Assembly: GCA_045132415.1 (NCBI GenBank)
Contig: JBGUSG010000003.1
Location: 106,004 to 170,003, forward strand
DNA: 64,000 nt
Reading direction: 5' to 3'
Source: Paludibacteraceae bacterium
Lineage (GTDB): Bacteria > Bacteroidota > Bacteroidia > Bacteroidales > Paludibacteraceae
Part shown: positions 62,666-64,000 of the stretch, piece after piece
Layout: every line of letters starts with the position of its first letter
How positions within the stretch are numbered: the first letter of the stretch is position 1
Notes under the pieces: generated by a model
What the model was told of the DNA's origin: nothing
What the model saw: only the letters and a program-made list of their open reading frames with translations
Database searches by the model: none
Position numbers and translations under genes: made by a program

Positions 62666-64000
62666 ATGAATACAATGAACAACAAAACCGAAAACCTACA
62701 GAAGTTCGCTATTAACCTTTGCGAACGTGCCCAACAGGGCAAACTGGATCCTGTGATTGGTCGTGACGACGAGATTCGTCGCGTGCTACAAATCCTCTCA
62801 CGTCGTACCAAAAACAACCCTATCCTCATTGGTGAGCCCGGTGTAGGTAAGACTGCTATTGTGGAGGGTTTGGCGCATCGTATCATCCGTGGTGATGTGC
62901 CTGAGAACCTCAAAAAGAAACAGATCTACTCCCTGGATATGGGTGCGCTGATTGCTGGTGCGAAGTACCAAGGTGAGTTTGAAGAGCGCCTCAAAGGTGT
63001 TATCACAGAGGTGACTAGCGCGGCGGGCGAGATCATCCTCTTTATAGACGAGATACATACGCTCGTGGGTGCAGGCAAGAGCAGTGGCGCGATGGATGCC
63101 GCTAATATCCTCAAGCCTGCTTTGGCACGAGGGGAATTGCGTGCGGTGGGAGCGACTACCTTGGACGAGTATCAGAAGTACTTTGAGACCGACAAAGCCC
63201 TTGAGCGTCGCTTCCAGATGGTGATGGTGGATGAGCCCGATGAGGCGGCTACTATCTCTATCCTGCGTGGATTGAAAGAGCGCTACGAGACCCACCACAA
63301 GGTGCGTATCAAAGATGATGCGCTGATTGCTGCGGTGACGCTATCGACTCGCTATATATCAGATCGTTTTCTTCCGGATAAAGCCATTGATTTGGTGGAT
63401 GAAGCTGCGGCTAAACTGCGTCTAGAAGTGGACTCTAAACCCGAAGAATTGGACAACCTTAATCGCCAGATTATGCAATTGCAGATTGAGCGCGAAGCCA
63501 TCAAGAAAGAGCATGACAAAGCCAAACTTGCCACTATTGAGGAACAACTCCATGCGTTGCAAGCCGAGGCGAAGGAGATGAACGCACGTTGGGAGCAGGA
63601 GAAAGGTTATGTGGCGACGATTCAAAACGAGAAAGCCAATATCGAGCAGATGAAACACGAAGCAGAGGTCGCTGAGCGAGAAGGCAACTACGGCAAGGTG
63701 GCGGAGATTCGCTATGGCAAGATCCAACAAGCCGAGGCGAATATTAAAGCTGCGCAAGAGGCATTACATGCAATGCAAGGTGAGAGCCTCATCAAGGAGG
63801 AAGTGGATGAAGACGATATCGCCGAGATTGTGGCTCGTTGGACAGGTATCCCTGTGACCAAGATGATGCAATCCGAGCGAGACAAACTCTTGCATTTGGA
63901 GGAGGAGTTGCACAAACGTGTTGTGGGGCAAGATGAAGCAATACAAGCTGTTAGCGATGCCATCCGCCGCTCTCGTGCGGGTTTGCAAGATCCTAAACGT
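62666..64000 (+). CDS. clpB: ClpB-type AAA+ disaggregase lacking the N-terminal domain (3' end beyond the window)
   Basis: ATG 62666, open in frame to 64000 (not in the ORF track because there is no stop). My translation [73 protein letters not shown]... is followed by the coiled-coil M-domain. It begins where NBD1 begins. Confidence 0.85.
   Translation, partial: MNTMNNKTENLQKFAINLCERAQQGKLDPVIGRDDEIRRVLQILSRRTKNNPILIGEPGVGKTAIVEGLAHRIIRGDVPENLKKKQIYSLDMGALIAGAKYQGEFEERLKGVITEVTSAAGEIILFIDEIHTLVGAGKSSGAMDAANILKPALARGELRAVGATTLDEYQKYFETDKALERRFQMVMVDEPDEAATISILRGLKERYETHHKVRIKDDALIAAVTLSTRYISDRFLPDKAIDLVDEAAAKLRLEVDSKPEELDNLNRQIMQLQIEREAIKKEHDKAKLATIEEQLHALQAEAKEMNARWEQEKGYVATIQNEKANIEQMKHEAEVAEREGNYGKVAEIRYGKIQQAEANIKAAQEALHAMQGESLIKEEVDEDDIAEIVARWTGIPVTKMMQSERDKLLHLEEELHKRVVGQDEAIQAVSDAIRRSRAGLQDPKR

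Overview
This is a 64-kb chromosomal window from a Bacteroidota genome, most likely order Bacteroidales. The evidence is TAnnTTTG -7 promoter boxes upstream of almost every transcription unit, no Shine-Dalgarno sequences, lipoprotein signal peptides and T9SS-type C-terminal tails. The T9SS tails suggest a Prevotella/Porphyromonas-like lineage, but the species cannot be determined from the sequence alone. Most of the content is housekeeping: deoC (partial)-psd-pyrE, lpxC-lpxA-glnS, recJ-tdk, glycerate kinase-GntP permease-secreted metalloprotease, leuS, tkt, tmRNA, a complete rseC-rnfBCDGEA operon, secG, udk, split chrA, alpha-glucan phosphorylase, panD-tgt-lptF/G, a MATE pump, two dipeptidases, rpsO, murG and clpB (partial). 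There are 4 tRNAs (Pro-GGG, Arg-ACG, initiator-type Met-CAT, Ser-TGA). I found no rRNA, CRISPR array, transposase, integrase or recognisable defence operon. A visibly AT-rich accessory islet (17.4-23.0 kb) carries a DUF234-type ATPase, a 536-aa secreted protein, a GIY-YIG-like protein and a Bro-N/DinD-like protein. The unusual part of the window is its non-coding DNA. (i) A three-member family of ~230-260-nt elements (E1 at 21.5 kb, E2 at 32.0 kb, E3 at 47.2 kb) folds into the same architecture: a 5' hairpin, a ~150-nt extended hairpin and a terminator module. The copies show compensatory base changes, and two carry canonical promoters. This is my best candidate for an undescribed structured RNA. 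(ii) GTTAGA/TCTAAC palindromic elements are seeded through the rnf operon and elsewhere, and a related GAACCAAG element sits in frame inside rseC. (iii) There are phased 11-bp tandem arrays and several paralogous intergenic modules shared between distant loci. Many ORF-track entries are antisense shadows or begin upstream of the real promoter; I moved starts wherever a -7 box lies inside the listed ORF.
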